Shown in pieces: positions 9,351 through 18,837 of a stretch of 64,000 nucleotides of DNA. This DNA is from an uncultured virus (IMG/VR IMGVR_UViG_3300033066_001594) (lineage: Duplodnaviria > Heunggongvirae > Uroviricota > Caudoviricetes), in the IMG/VR virus record IMGVR_UViG_3300033066_001594. One strand, given 5' to 3'. The notes below the pieces were generated by a model. The model was given only the letters and a program-made list of their open reading frames with translations, was not told the origin of the DNA and made no database searches. How positions within the stretch are numbered: the stretch's first letter is position 1; each line of letters opens with the position of its first letter. A program made the position numbers and the translations under genes.

Positions 9351-9569
9351 GTGAGAAGTCTATTGATGAAGAACGTAAAACTGAAGGTAGCGAACCACAA
9401 GGGACAGGTGATGACGGGGATGCAGCTCAGCCGAAAACAGGCGGCTAGGCTGGCACGAAAGCTCCTGTTCGTCTGGAAACTCACACACGCTGTCGAGTTT
9501 GAATACGGTGAACCAAATGAAGATCGAAGAAATACGACAGTTAAAACGCGGCGACCGAATTGTCGTTGA
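9351..9569 (+). CDS. hypothetical phage protein
   Basis: Tiling ORF; start uncertain. Confidence 0.4.
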   Translation: MRSLLMKNVKLKVANHKGQVMTGMQLSRKQAARLARKLLFVWKLTHAVEFEYGEPNEDRRNTTVKTRRPNCR

Positions 9570-9765
9570 TGTAGAGGCGTGGGACGGGCTTGTACACCGT
9601 CCTGCGTCCCCACTGACGTGCACCGTGACCTATCTCAACGGCACGGCGTACGACGCTACCCAGGTCCATGTCTTTCCACTCAACCCGAAGATCCCCTGCC
9701 AGCCCAAGTACGTGTTCCCATCCCAAGTCCTGAGGAAGGTCGGTCATGAGGAAGAGACCAGCTAA
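9517..9765 (+). CDS. hypothetical protein (SH3/KOW-like start)
   Basis: LKRGDRIVV. Confidence 0.5.
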   Translation: MKIEEIRQLKRGDRIVVDVEAWDGLVHRPASPLTCTVTYLNGTAYDATQVHVFPLNPKIPCQPKYVFPSQVLRKVGHEEETS

Positions 9766-10198
9766 ACGTGAGAAGCTTTACAACGAGTTGAACGTATCCG
9801 CGGACCTGCAAACCAAGCTGGACGCCCTACTGGCTGTTATGACCACGGATGGCCTTCAGCACTACTGCAAGTTAATGAAGCTCAAGCAGTACCGGAAGCT
9901 AGGCCGCGGAGAACTTGAACTCAAGGTAATCAGGGATCATGTAACCAACAGCATGCGACGCCAGCAGGAGTTCACGGAGCTGGTAGCTCGTCGATCCAGG
10001 AACAAGAGCAAGCACGCCGAGCGGTTCTTCGAGCTGTTCAAGGTTCGACTGGCTGACTACATGCCTAACCCGGTGATCGGATTCGACGTCACGGGGTTTG
10101 ATGACAAGGTGATCGGATCCGGCGACAGGTCGATGCTCGACGTGATTCGTGAGAAGTACGGCGACGAGGCCGTGCAGATCATTCAAGACCTGAACTGA
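9746..10198 (+). CDS. hypothetical phage protein
   Basis: FDVTGFDD...SMLDVIREKYGDEAVQII. Confidence 0.6.
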   Translation: MRKRPAKREKLYNELNVSADLQTKLDALLAVMTTDGLQHYCKLMKLKQYRKLGRGELELKVIRDHVTNSMRRQQEFTELVARRSRNKSKHAERFFELFKVRLADYMPNPVIGFDVTGFDDKVIGSGDRSMLDVIREKYGDEAVQIIQDLN

Positions 10199-10466
10199 GG
10201 TTCACATGTTCTATCGCTACTTTGCAGAGACGCTCAAGAACACGCCGCGACGTACATGGGAGTCCGTAATAACTTCAATTTCGCTCTTCTGGTAGAGAAC
10301 GCCGTTAACCAGCAATCCAGACGGCTCATACACCGGATGCCCGTTCAACAGATCGAACAGTTTTACGACGCGACCGGGGACGAGTAGGTGCCTGTCCTGG
10401 TTTAAACAGGACAACGTTTCGATCCTTGTGTACGATCGCGTCATCTTTTACCCCAGGAGACTTTCC

Positions 10467-11480
10467 ATGGCCGTTACCAGCGAACAGATCACAGCAGCTA
10501 CCAAGGCCCTCACCGATGCAGCCGCAGTCGTCATCCAGCAAGTGGCACAGCTCCAACTGGAGAATGCCCAGCTCAAGGCCCAGATAGCCGGCCAGGTGGT
10601 CGAGCCGATCAAGCCCCCGACCTACATGGGCACGATCACAGACCACAAGTTCGGCAACGACATGGCGTTGACGGCTGAAAAGCACCTCGTGTGGATGCAG
10701 GACACCAACACGAGGTGCGTCCGCATCTGGCACAGCATCGATCCGGCGACCGGACAGGCCAAGTGGAACAAGGACTCCATCACGCTGGCCCGTGAGTACC
10801 TGGTACGCGACCCGAACATCCGCGTAGTCATTTGCTGCACGCCGGACCAGAACCATCCCAAGTTCTCTGTCTGTCTGTTTCAGGCGACCTTCGATGACCT
10901 GGTCGCTGGCATTCCACAGGCGTACCGCGACCGGTGCTACATCGAGCTGATCAACGAACCCAATAAGCCAGAGTTCTGGAACTGCACGGGCGGCAAGGGT
11001 GCGGCCTTCGTCCAGATGTCTCCGTGGTCGATCAAGCTGCAGACCGTTGGCTTTAAGACGATCTCACCAAGCATCACCGAGCCGTGGCAGGGGAACGTCA
11101 AGGGTCACTTTGCCGGCATCTCGGCCGACGTGCTCAACAGCTTCACCCACCTGGGCTACCACTGTTACCAGAACAACGCCGACGAGTTCCGCAAGTGCCT
11201 GGACCAGGCCAACGTCGTCGCCGGCTCACGGGGCGTGGCCCTGACCGAATGGGGACTGATGGTGTGGCTGGCCTGGTATCCGCCGATCGAAGTGTTTGTC
11301 ACAACGGTGCCCACGTACGTCAAGGCGATCGCCGAAACCACCGTGCTCTCTGCGTTCTACATCGGCACACCCTCAAAGGACTTCCCAAATGGTCCTTATC
11401 TCATCGACGTCGCTGCCGAACCGGACAAGACGACGATCCTGTACCCGGTGTTCAAAGCCGAGTACGCCAAATACAAATAG
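10467..11480 (+). CDS. clan GH-A-like TIM-barrel glycoside hydrolase with an N-terminal coiled coil
   Basis: IELINEPN (acid/base), GYHCY, ALTEWG (nucleophile); AGGAG RBS. Confidence 0.7.
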   Translation: MAVTSEQITAATKALTDAAAVVIQQVAQLQLENAQLKAQIAGQVVEPIKPPTYMGTITDHKFGNDMALTAEKHLVWMQDTNTRCVRIWHSIDPATGQAKWNKDSITLAREYLVRDPNIRVVICCTPDQNHPKFSVCLFQATFDDLVAGIPQAYRDRCYIELINEPNKPEFWNCTGGKGAAFVQMSPWSIKLQTVGFKTISPSITEPWQGNVKGHFAGISADVLNSFTHLGYHCYQNNADEFRKCLDQANVVAGSRGVALTEWGLMVWLAWYPPIEVFVTTVPTYVKAIAETTVLSAFYIGTPSKDFPNGPYLIDVAAEPDKTTILYPVFKAEYAKYK

Positions 11481-11488
11481 AGGTACTC

Positions 11489-11719
11489 ATGTTCAAGTTG
11501 CTGATGGATTACGCGAACGCACAGGAAGGGCTGCCTGGGTACACCGTGTTCTTCGTGGTGACTACCGGGTCCGTAACCAACCTGATCGAGGGGGCCATAC
11601 AGAAGCTCTCGGATGACGGCCAGTCCGTGCTGATCATGGCTCGCGACGAGACGGGTAAGCTTGAGCTTCCGACAGTCATTCACGAGCGGGTTTGCGTTGC
11701 CGCCTGGATCGACTGGTAA
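11489..11719 (+). CDS. hypothetical phage protein
   Basis: GAGG RBS, MFKLLMDY. Confidence 0.55.
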   Translation: MFKLLMDYANAQEGLPGYTVFFVVTTGSVTNLIEGAIQKLSDDGQSVLIMARDETGKLELPTVIHERVCVAAWIDW

Positions 11720-11723
11720 ATTG

Positions 11724-11737
11724 TCCAACGCGTTGGA
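11724..11737. promoter_or_regulatory. palindromic site, copy 2 (TCCAACGCGTTGGA)
   Basis: Exact core between the stop at 11719 and ATG 11743. Confidence 0.6.
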
Positions 11738-11742
11738 AGATC

Positions 11743-12336
11743 ATGTCACTGTCTAATGTCAATCCGACGACAGGCATCCGTTACGGGCTCATCGACGGGG
11801 CAGACGCACCGGGGCTGGAAGAGTGGATTTTCGATCATGGCGTCGATGAAGAGTACAGTGCGTTTCGAGCGACAATGCTGGACAGCTTCGTCGCGATCAT
11901 GAAACAGGCCTCGTCGGCTACGTTGTCCAGGCTCTTGTCCGCTGTATGTGACGTCGATGGCGTGACCATTGACGACCCCGACGAGCTGCACACGATTAAA
12001 GAGGTCCTGGTTGAGATACTGACGTGGGAAGCCACCAACAACATCTACACGCAAATCTCACAAGCCGAGAGACTTTTTAACTCGATGATCGGTCAGGATC
12101 TGATCACGTATACAAGCAACGAGTTCACCACGTACACGGCGGATGACGGCATTAACTTTTTCAGGATGACGACGGACCGAGGTAACACCATCTGGTGTCT
12201 CAACACGTCCAAGATTGTTTACGCCAACCGGTTGTGTGGTCCGTGCATGCCCAACGCGGGTGACCTCAACAGCGGGATTACGGATATCAAAGAAGAAGGG
12301 TACGAGTGCTATGGTGTCCCCGATAACTACCTTTGA
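11743..12336 (+). CDS. hypothetical phage protein
   Basis: NPTTGIRYGLI...LCGPCMPNAGDL...YECYGVP. Confidence 0.65.
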   Translation: MSLSNVNPTTGIRYGLIDGADAPGLEEWIFDHGVDEEYSAFRATMLDSFVAIMKQASSATLSRLLSAVCDVDGVTIDDPDELHTIKEVLVEILTWEATNNIYTQISQAERLFNSMIGQDLITYTSNEFTTYTADDGINFFRMTTDRGNTIWCLNTSKIVYANRLCGPCMPNAGDLNSGITDIKEEGYECYGVPDNYL

Positions 12337-12892
12337 TCCCAGCTGGACTCATACGCTGCACGTCGGGATCGACGGTAAGACGCTGTTTGATCGACTGGGC
12401 ATGTCAGAGGCTTGGGACAGCTACAAACTTCGGGTCGATCTGCAGCCGCAGAACTTCATGGAACAATTTGGCATGTTCACCAAGCTGCTACCGGCGGCCT
12501 GTCGTGGGCCTCACGGTATGCACCCGTCAGGTCGGGTCGATAAGTCGTTCCTGCCAACGGTACTGGGCTGGTACGGCCTGCCAGCTACCTTGCCGCAGAT
12601 ACCGGTGTGGAGCATGTGGGCGTTTAATACCGCTACCGGTGTCGTGGCGACACCGATGTTGTTTCTCAGCTGGTTCAAGATCTCAGCGGGAACTAAGCCG
12701 GTGACTACGCGTCTGCAGCTGCTTGAGTCGCCGTTCCACGCTATCGGGTATGGCAACCAGGGTGAGTTTCTGCAGTTCAGAAACGCGGCTATTCGTTCTA
12801 ACATTCCACTCGTCCTGTCACAGAGTCAGAGCGGGGGGTTGGACGACCTCAAGATGGCTTGCGGGATCAGCAATTGGCTCATTCACTCGTAG
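12311..12892 (+). CDS. hypothetical protein, paralogue family B
   Basis: THTLHVGIDGKTLFDRLG. Confidence 0.55.
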   Translation: MVSPITTFDPSWTHTLHVGIDGKTLFDRLGMSEAWDSYKLRVDLQPQNFMEQFGMFTKLLPAACRGPHGMHPSGRVDKSFLPTVLGWYGLPATLPQIPVWSMWAFNTATGVVATPMLFLSWFKISAGTKPVTTRLQLLESPFHAIGYGNQGEFLQFRNAAIRSNIPLVLSQSQSGGLDDLKMACGISNWLIHS

Positions 12893-12902
12893 AAGGATTG
12901 AC

Positions 12903-13472
12903 ATGTCGGCGGCCACACATTGCATAGAAATCGGACTGGACCTGTTCACTGTAGCCCAGCGACTGGGTGTAGAGAACCTCTGGACTTCGGCACTCACCCG
13001 GTACAAGCTGTGTGCAGGCGGCCATCCACTGGACGGTCTCGACCTCATACTCTCGACGTTTCAATCCGGCCTCACTTCACGTGATTACAAACCAGTTCTG
13101 AACTTGCTGAAGGTGCCTCCCGGGTTCAAGACTCGCAACCATGACATAACTGGGCCAGCGAGCTGGTTTCCGCTTAAAAAAGGAAGACACATTCGAAGCT
13201 ATTTCTTTTGCACGGACGTCCTCTTTGTTAAACCGGAAGAGCTCGGCAGATTTGACTTCACCATGAGAGAGGGTGTCATCGCGTATGCGGCGTGGCAGCT
13301 GGACAAACGTCACAGCGTCCACAAGAGCTTTATAAAGCACCTCGAGACCGAACCTTACTTGTTCCGTTTCTTTGGCGGACCCGACGGCCCACGTTACGAC
13401 ACAGCCAACACGGGCGGTGTGCTGTCACACAGCCCCAGCATGAAGCTGTTCACAAGGAGTCAATGTGTCTGA
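12903..13472 (+). CDS. hypothetical protein, paralogue family B
   Basis: AAGGA RBS; THCIEIGLDLFTVAQRLG. Confidence 0.6.
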   Translation: MSAATHCIEIGLDLFTVAQRLGVENLWTSALTRYKLCAGGHPLDGLDLILSTFQSGLTSRDYKPVLNLLKVPPGFKTRNHDITGPASWFPLKKGRHIRSYFFCTDVLFVKPEELGRFDFTMREGVIAYAAWQLDKRHSVHKSFIKHLETEPYLFRFFGGPDGPRYDTANTGGVLSHSPSMKLFTRSQCV

Positions 13473-13561
13473 AATCAAAGTAGACCCGGAAAAGCGTAAA
13501 GCCATGGAAGCGAGGGTCCGCTGGCGTCAGGCCATCGAAGAACCAACGCTGTGAGGTATTC

Positions 13562-13795
13562 ATGATTGGCGGAACCGTTGTTCAGGTCGTCACGAAGCTG
13601 GATGCCGTGTATATCGAGGTGCTCGACGAGGGGACGCTGGACCGGGCCTGGAGGAAGCTGGACAAGCCGTCCCTGGCCCACGTGGGAGACGTAATCTGGT
13701 GGCAGAGTTACACCGGCTACCTGAGCCGTCTTGGTCATTTCAAGGACAAGAACATCGGCAGCTGCCGCCCGGCCAACGCCCACGGCCGGCCGTGA
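13562..13795 (+). CDS. hypothetical phage protein
   Basis: GAGG RBS; MIGGTV...GDVIWWQS. Confidence 0.6.
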   Translation: MIGGTVVQVVTKLDAVYIEVLDEGTLDRAWRKLDKPSLAHVGDVIWWQSYTGYLSRLGHFKDKNIGSCRPANAHGRP

Positions 13796-13953
13796 CCGCC
13801 TGACGCGTTAGAATGAAAGTCACGGGAGGCGATATGAGAGGCATGAACACCCATTGTTTCGGCGTGGCGTGTGTACTGGTCGTCCTGTTGGACACTTCGC
13901 TCGAATCTGAGACCTGGCCTGACACGCCGGCCATGACGATCCCCGTTGCAGCA

Positions 13954-13999
13954 CCGCCACAGCCGGCCCGAATCGGGTTCGGCTGTGGCGGCTTGATTT
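13954..13999 (+). terminator. strong hairpin (terminator or structured RNA)
   Basis: CCGCCACAGCCG-GCCCG-AAT-CGGGT-T-CGGCTGTGGCGG followed by a weak T tract. Confidence 0.45.
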
Positions 14000-14020
14000 G
14001 GACACTCCGACGGTCTTCCA

Positions 14021-14260
14021 ATGGAAAAGCTACCCATCTGGCCCCACGAGGCCCACGACCCGTTTCTTGACTTCTGGTATTGCCGCGAGCAGTGGCTGTA
14101 CTACAAGACCCGGTGCTGTGTGTCTGCCCGTCATTACGAGAAGCTGATGACCAAGGCGTGCGGTGACCTTCTGCTGATCGTCCCAACGCTGGCAGGCAGG
14201 TCCATGCCGCGTCATGTCTTTTTTGAGGTACCTGCTCGTGACCCAAGCAATTACTGTTGA
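14021..14260 (+). CDS. hypothetical phage protein
   Basis: Tiling ORF. Confidence 0.4.
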   Translation: MEKLPIWPHEAHDPFLDFWYCREQWLYYKTRCCVSARHYEKLMTKACGDLLLIVPTLAGRSMPRHVFFEVPARDPSNYC

Positions 14261-14939
14261 GCCAGCGACAACGAAGAAGCCTCGATACGCTGTGATCGAG
14301 CTGATCTACGACCGAGACTGTGCAAATCCGACCGATGAAGGGGAGTGGGAAGTCATCTCGTTCAGCGACGACAACAAGACCACCCACAAGCCCAAGGATT
14401 CTCTTTACTTCATGGGCCTGGGCTGGCGACAGCGGTTCAAGTACGCGACTGCTTTCCGCCTGAACTACACTGAGCATGGCCTGTGTGAATGGAGCCTGTA
14501 CGACACGAAGAACGTTCAGCACTACATCAACCAGGCGTGGGTTGACGAACGGTTCGACGGCGTTCTGCGTTGGGTCGGAGACTGTAAGTATCTCCCCAAG
14601 GACAAGGTCAAACGTTACAAGATGGCCGAGGCGTTCATCGAGACCTACACGAACTGGTGCAACGGCAGCTGTTACGCCTTTCAAATCAGGGTCGAGCACG
14701 GCGGTGAACAGGACGACGCCTGGCACGGAACGTACTACGGCGATGACGGGATGGAGGACGACATCCAGGGAGAGCTGGACGCTCTGCTCAAAAAGCACCC
14801 GACGATCGAGCGTGTCTTTGTAACAGGCAGCATGAGGTGGCTGGGCTCCTATCTGAGTCTGAAGCTGCCTAAAGGTGTCGAGATCCACAAAGACGTGAAG
14901 GACATCGAACACGGGGTGGAGTTCTACTTTGACCTTTGA
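14214..14939 (+). CDS. hypothetical phage protein
   Basis: IETYTNWCNGSCY...GTYYG; start uncertain. Confidence 0.65.
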   Translation: MSFLRYLLVTQAITVEPATTKKPRYAVIELIYDRDCANPTDEGEWEVISFSDDNKTTHKPKDSLYFMGLGWRQRFKYATAFRLNYTEHGLCEWSLYDTKNVQHYINQAWVDERFDGVLRWVGDCKYLPKDKVKRYKMAEAFIETYTNWCNGSCYAFQIRVEHGGEQDDAWHGTYYGDDGMEDDIQGELDALLKKHPTIERVFVTGSMRWLGSYLSLKLPKGVEIHKDVKDIEHGVEFYFDL

Positions 14940-15447
14940 TGACATGCTGTACATCCACATCGGCATGGACGTGGAGTACTGGTGTAAGACGACAGGTAAC
15001 CAGGCGATGCTGGACAACTGGCTGACGCGGCACGCGTTGCTGTGCAAGCGGTCAGTTCCCTGTTGCGATGATATGAGTCTTGTCGGGTGTGAACCCGAGT
15101 GCGAAGGGCTGAAGGCCGTTGCCTCACAGGTCTTCACATTCATGGGTACCACGCCGTTCTTGGGTCCGCACAGGAGCAGGGAGTACCTGAAGCAGTTCTC
15201 GTTGTTTTACATGCCGACTGTTGGTCATACCACAGTTCTGAACGTGGCCACTACCCGGATACTTGCCTGCGGCCAGGTGACGATCAAGACCCGCGATGAA
15301 CTAGCAGAACTGATGTACAAGAACGGGGCGTCGAGGGCCTATGCCATCGTGCGTAAAGGCTTTCCCGTGTTCGTCAGGCGGCTCATTCGTAACGTCGCTA
15401 CGCTACACCAGCTGGGCGATCTTCTGTTTTCGGAGGGCTGGGAATGA
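14929..15447 (+). CDS. hypothetical protein, possibly family B
   Basis: LYIHIGMD N-terminus. Confidence 0.55.
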   Translation: MTFDDMLYIHIGMDVEYWCKTTGNQAMLDNWLTRHALLCKRSVPCCDDMSLVGCEPECEGLKAVASQVFTFMGTTPFLGPHRSREYLKQFSLFYMPTVGHTTVLNVATTRILACGQVTIKTRDELAELMYKNGASRAYAIVRKGFPVFVRRLIRNVATLHQLGDLLFSEGWE

Positions 15448-15896
15448 CTGATTTTCAAAGTCGCTACCAGGCCAGGAACAGTGCACAGACGAGGGCCAAC
15501 CTGACCGACTCCAGGACCTACATCTACCGGGCCTCCAAAGACTGCTGGGCTGTGGCTTCAGGAGGCGACCTGTCTGCTTTTAAGGAGGTTGAGTCCGTGG
15601 ACCCGACTATCCCACCGTTGACCAGGTTCAACCGACGATCCGTGTTTATGTACGTCATTCATCGCATCAGCCAGCTCGACCAGATGCACGGTTTCACAAA
15701 CAAGACGGGTTCGATCCAGGTAGATGGGAAGAAGGACTCCACCAAGATCGCGTACGGAGAGTGGCTGGCCCTTTACCGTCTGGCGGATGAACTATGCCTG
15801 TGGAGTGCACGGCTGAGCAAAGAAGAGGAGATCGAAGTCCGTAAGCTGCTGGTTCGGAATGTACCCAGCAAGGTGCGTGATGACCCAAACTTATAA
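15444..15896 (+). CDS. hypothetical phage protein
   Basis: GGAGG RBS, ATGA-coupled. Confidence 0.6.
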   Translation: MTDFQSRYQARNSAQTRANLTDSRTYIYRASKDCWAVASGGDLSAFKEVESVDPTIPPLTRFNRRSVFMYVIHRISQLDQMHGFTNKTGSIQVDGKKDSTKIAYGEWLALYRLADELCLWSARLSKEEEIEVRKLLVRNVPSKVRDDPNL

Positions 15897-16203
15897 ATCG
15901 GCTGTCAGCTACTGCGTCGGCATCATGGACGACCACAGCTCGCCGGAAGACCCGCCGATGTTCGTCCTCTGGCCCCGCCACCGGAAGAACCACGGCTGGT
16001 GCCTGAGCCTGGATATAGACGACATTCGTCTCATTCACAAGTTCAAGACTGTCCTCCATGCCGTGGACTTCATTGCCAGGCAGAAATGGGACAAAGACGA
16101 CCTGGTGTTCGTCTACGTGATCTTCGGGCAGCCCATCGAGCTAGGGTGCGTGATTCAGAACGGTAAGCATGTCGGATCGCACCCGTTTCGGATCGAGAAA
16201 TGA
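15880..16203 (+). CDS. hypothetical phage protein
   Basis: Tiling ORF. Confidence 0.55.
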   Translation: MTQTYKSAVSYCVGIMDDHSSPEDPPMFVLWPRHRKNHGWCLSLDIDDIRLIHKFKTVLHAVDFIARQKWDKDDLVFVYVIFGQPIELGCVIQNGKHVGSHPFRIEK

Positions 16204-16514
16204 ACACGCCTGTCGTCAAGTACATTCCGGTGGTGACCGTTACGTCAATGGAGCTCGCGTTCCCAGACGTCTATCGGACGGTGATGGGCTACATGGGCCT
16301 TGGAACGTACAAGTATCCGTACATCTGGAGTACAACAACATTCGTCGCGAACATGCGTTCGTGTCAGTACGCGATCAGCAAGAAAGAGTACACCCGGCAA
16401 ACGTTGGAAGGCGTTCTGGACGACAACACGACGACGCGAGAGAACATGAAAATGTTTGAAGCGTTCATGGCCACACTCCCTAAAGGCACTGTGGTCTTGT
16501 TGAAGGAGCAATGA
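16200..16514 (+). CDS. hypothetical phage protein
   Basis: ATGA-coupled. Confidence 0.55.
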   Translation: MNTPVVKYIPVVTVTSMELAFPDVYRTVMGYMGLGTYKYPYIWSTTTFVANMRSCQYAISKKEYTRQTLEGVLDDNTTTRENMKMFEAFMATLPKGTVVLLKEQ

Positions 16515-16720
16515 TCAAACGACTCGTAGGTTACCGCACCACCGACAAGCAGTACATTCGCTGGACACACCTGGATGATCAGTACGTGGATACCCGGGTG
16601 TTTAAGATGACCCGCCGCACGTACTGGATATTCGGGTGCCTGCCCGTCTGGCGTCGGATCGTTAAACTGGTTGAGATTCCGGTCTGGCTGCAAGTCAGAC
16701 GCATGACCCTCGGCTACTAA
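16511..16720 (+). CDS. hypothetical phage protein
   Basis: AAGGAG RBS. Confidence 0.55.
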   Translation: MIKRLVGYRTTDKQYIRWTHLDDQYVDTRVFKMTRRTYWIFGCLPVWRRIVKLVEIPVWLQVRRMTLGY

Positions 16721-16732
16721 AGGAGCCATCAC

Positions 16733-16969
16733 ATGTCGCAACAGAACAAGATGACACGGGACGAAGCAGAGAAACTGACAATCCACGCGATTGTTGATCG
16801 ACTGCTGGAGAACAGGGAAGTGAGTTGGGGCGACCACGTCGATCTCGAGCTGCTCAAGAAGAACGACTACGTCATCCTGACCGTCAAGGAAATCTACCTG
16901 CTCAACCGGCTCATCGGTCAGTTCTTCATCAGCCCGACCAAGACCGGTCAGCCAGGCTATCACGTCTAG
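16733..16969 (+). CDS. hypothetical phage protein
   Basis: AAGGAG RBS. Confidence 0.6.
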   Translation: MSQQNKMTRDEAEKLTIHAIVDRLLENREVSWGDHVDLELLKKNDYVILTVKEIYLLNRLIGQFFISPTKTGQPGYHV

Positions 16970-16979
16970 CGGTGCAACT

Positions 16980-17417
16980 ATGAACGATCAACTCTGCCTC
17001 GTGTACCTCTACCTGTTTCACGGACGCAAGACGCCGGACGAGCCGACGGACGACTGGGGTGAACAAGGGCCGATTTTGGGACCCTTTGGTTACGTGCACA
17101 TCACCTATGCCTGTGACCTCAAGGTGTGCTACCTGGACGCCAACGGCGTTGAGCACGAGGACATGGGTCTCCGCTACGTCGACGACCTGGTGTACTACGA
17201 CGGGATGTTTTACGGCGACATCTCGGTCACGACGATTGAACGCTTGGGTAAGAAGGCGATCACGCTCTACGACCCGGTCAAGGCCCAGGTCCCGGCCGAG
17301 TACCTGAAGAAGAAAAAGGAGGCTGCGGATGAAGGTCAAGCTCACGAGCTACCGGCAATACGAGAAGCTGGTACTTCCTCACCTGGATCAGAAGCTGGCG
17401 GTCGACAGCCGGGTTGA
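16980..17417 (+). CDS. hypothetical phage protein
   Basis: YLYLFHGR..P....DDWG..GP..GP..YVHITY...YYDGMFYGD. Confidence 0.65.
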   Translation: MNDQLCLVYLYLFHGRKTPDEPTDDWGEQGPILGPFGYVHITYACDLKVCYLDANGVEHEDMGLRYVDDLVYYDGMFYGDISVTTIERLGKKAITLYDPVKAQVPAEYLKKKKEAADEGQAHELPAIREAGTSSPGSEAGGRQPG

Positions 17418-17580
17418 ATACGGCGTGACCATGCCGGACGGCGGTAATGGCTACCGGGAGACGCATTCACAGAGGGGTGTGGACTTCGTGGAGATCTGGA
17501 TGCCCTACTGCCGGAACCGGAGCTGGATCTACATGTTCGAAGGTTTCGAACAGAAATTGCGAGAAGCTCATGTCGGATAA
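17329..17580 (+). CDS. hypothetical phage protein
   Basis: AAGGAGG RBS. Confidence 0.55.
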   Translation: MKVKLTSYRQYEKLVLPHLDQKLAVDSRVEYGVTMPDGGNGYRETHSQRGVDFVEIWMPYCRNRSWIYMFEGFEQKLREAHVG

Positions 17581-17881
17581 AACCTACTACGTGTGCGGCA
17601 CCTACGTCGTTAATCCGGAGACGCGTCAACGCACCGAGTTCAGGCTGGTCCGACCGACGCACGGGTATCCCTATGTCACAGAGGGCGAGCAGTCCGCTCG
17701 CCGTCTGTTTGACCTGTGCAGTCACCACGCGTGTCTCTATCGACTCGAAGGTGAGCGACTCATACTCGTTCGACGCGGCGAGGACTGCGACATGGCCGCG
17801 TCGATTGTCACCCCGGAGTGGAGTGTCATGGACTCCATTCGACAGGCCATTGACCTGGAAAAGCTGTGGAAGATTCACTAG
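17570..17881 (+). CDS. hypothetical phage protein
   Basis: Tiling ORF MSDKTYY. Confidence 0.55.
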   Translation: MSDKTYYVCGTYVVNPETRQRTEFRLVRPTHGYPYVTEGEQSARRLFDLCSHHACLYRLEGERLILVRRGEDCDMAASIVTPEWSVMDSIRQAIDLEKLWKIH

Positions 17882-18339
17882 ACCTGATCTGCAGTGTCGA
17901 CGACGATGACGGGGAGCTGACCTACCTGCACGTCGTTGTGACACCAGAGATGGCACGCAAGCTGTTGGTGTATTGGAATTACTTCACGATCATACGAACG
18001 ACGGACCCGACGCTTTATGTCCTGCAGTTCTTGTGGCCCGAGTCGGTCGTCGAGGCGTTTGAATCCATCGAATACGAAACCCTTTCTTACTCCGAACTGG
18101 TAGAGCCGGAAAACGAGGTGTGGGATATTTACACCAAACCGTGGATGCTGAACGACGGCATCGACGCCGGACCGTCCAACGTGTACGTGACGGCGTCCGG
18201 TGTTTACTGGAGGTCAGATGTCTACGGTCACTATCAGACGCCGGTCCTCGAATGGCGGTATATCAGGCAGGTGGCCGACGGCAAGGCATCGTCGAACAGA
18301 GACTTCATGAAGATGGTCCCGGTCCCCCGGGTTTTATAG
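17866..18339 (+). CDS. hypothetical protein, paralogue family A
   Basis: HVVVTPEMARKLL...GVYWR...W..I.QVADG. Confidence 0.65.
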   Translation: MEDSLDLICSVDDDDGELTYLHVVVTPEMARKLLVYWNYFTIIRTTDPTLYVLQFLWPESVVEAFESIEYETLSYSELVEPENEVWDIYTKPWMLNDGIDAGPSNVYVTASGVYWRSDVYGHYQTPVLEWRYIRQVADGKASSNRDFMKMVPVPRVL

Positions 18340-18354
18340 AGGGAGAGCAACCCC

Positions 18355-18837
18355 ATGCCCGATATCGTGTCACACACGGTCACCGAGGAAAACGAATACT
18401 GGTTTCACGTGGTCCTGAACCAGGACACGGCCAAGAAGCTGATGACCTACAAGGCACAGTGGGACGCTGTCCTGGCCGCCCTTCCGACGTTAAACCTCAT
18501 ACGGCTTGCCAACGAGACAACCGTTCAGGCGTACATCGAATATGTGAACGCTCGTGAAGAGAACTACTCTGGGCTGGACGATCCGAGCACAGAGGATTGG
18601 TATCTGCACTCGAACAACTGGACGCTGACCAACATGCCTCCCTCGGACGGTCCGCCGGATATCTACCTGAAAGCCGAAGGAGTTTTCTGGCGATTCAACT
18701 TCCCGACTGAAGAGATATATATCGTGACCGCGACGATCCCCTGGGCGGCCATCCAAGCCGTAGCTGAGGGCAGAGAGTCGGAAGATTTGTTTCCGCGGCT
18801 CGAAGAGGATGACGACGAAGAAGAGGAGTCCGTATGA
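18355..18837 (+). CDS. hypothetical protein, paralogue family A
   Basis: HVVLNQDTAKKLM...GVFWR...W..I.AVAEG. Confidence 0.65.
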   Translation: MPDIVSHTVTEENEYWFHVVLNQDTAKKLMTYKAQWDAVLAALPTLNLIRLANETTVQAYIEYVNAREENYSGLDDPSTEDWYLHSNNWTLTNMPPSDGPPDIYLKAEGVFWRFNFPTEEIYIVTATIPWAAIQAVAEGRESEDLFPRLEEDDDEEEESV

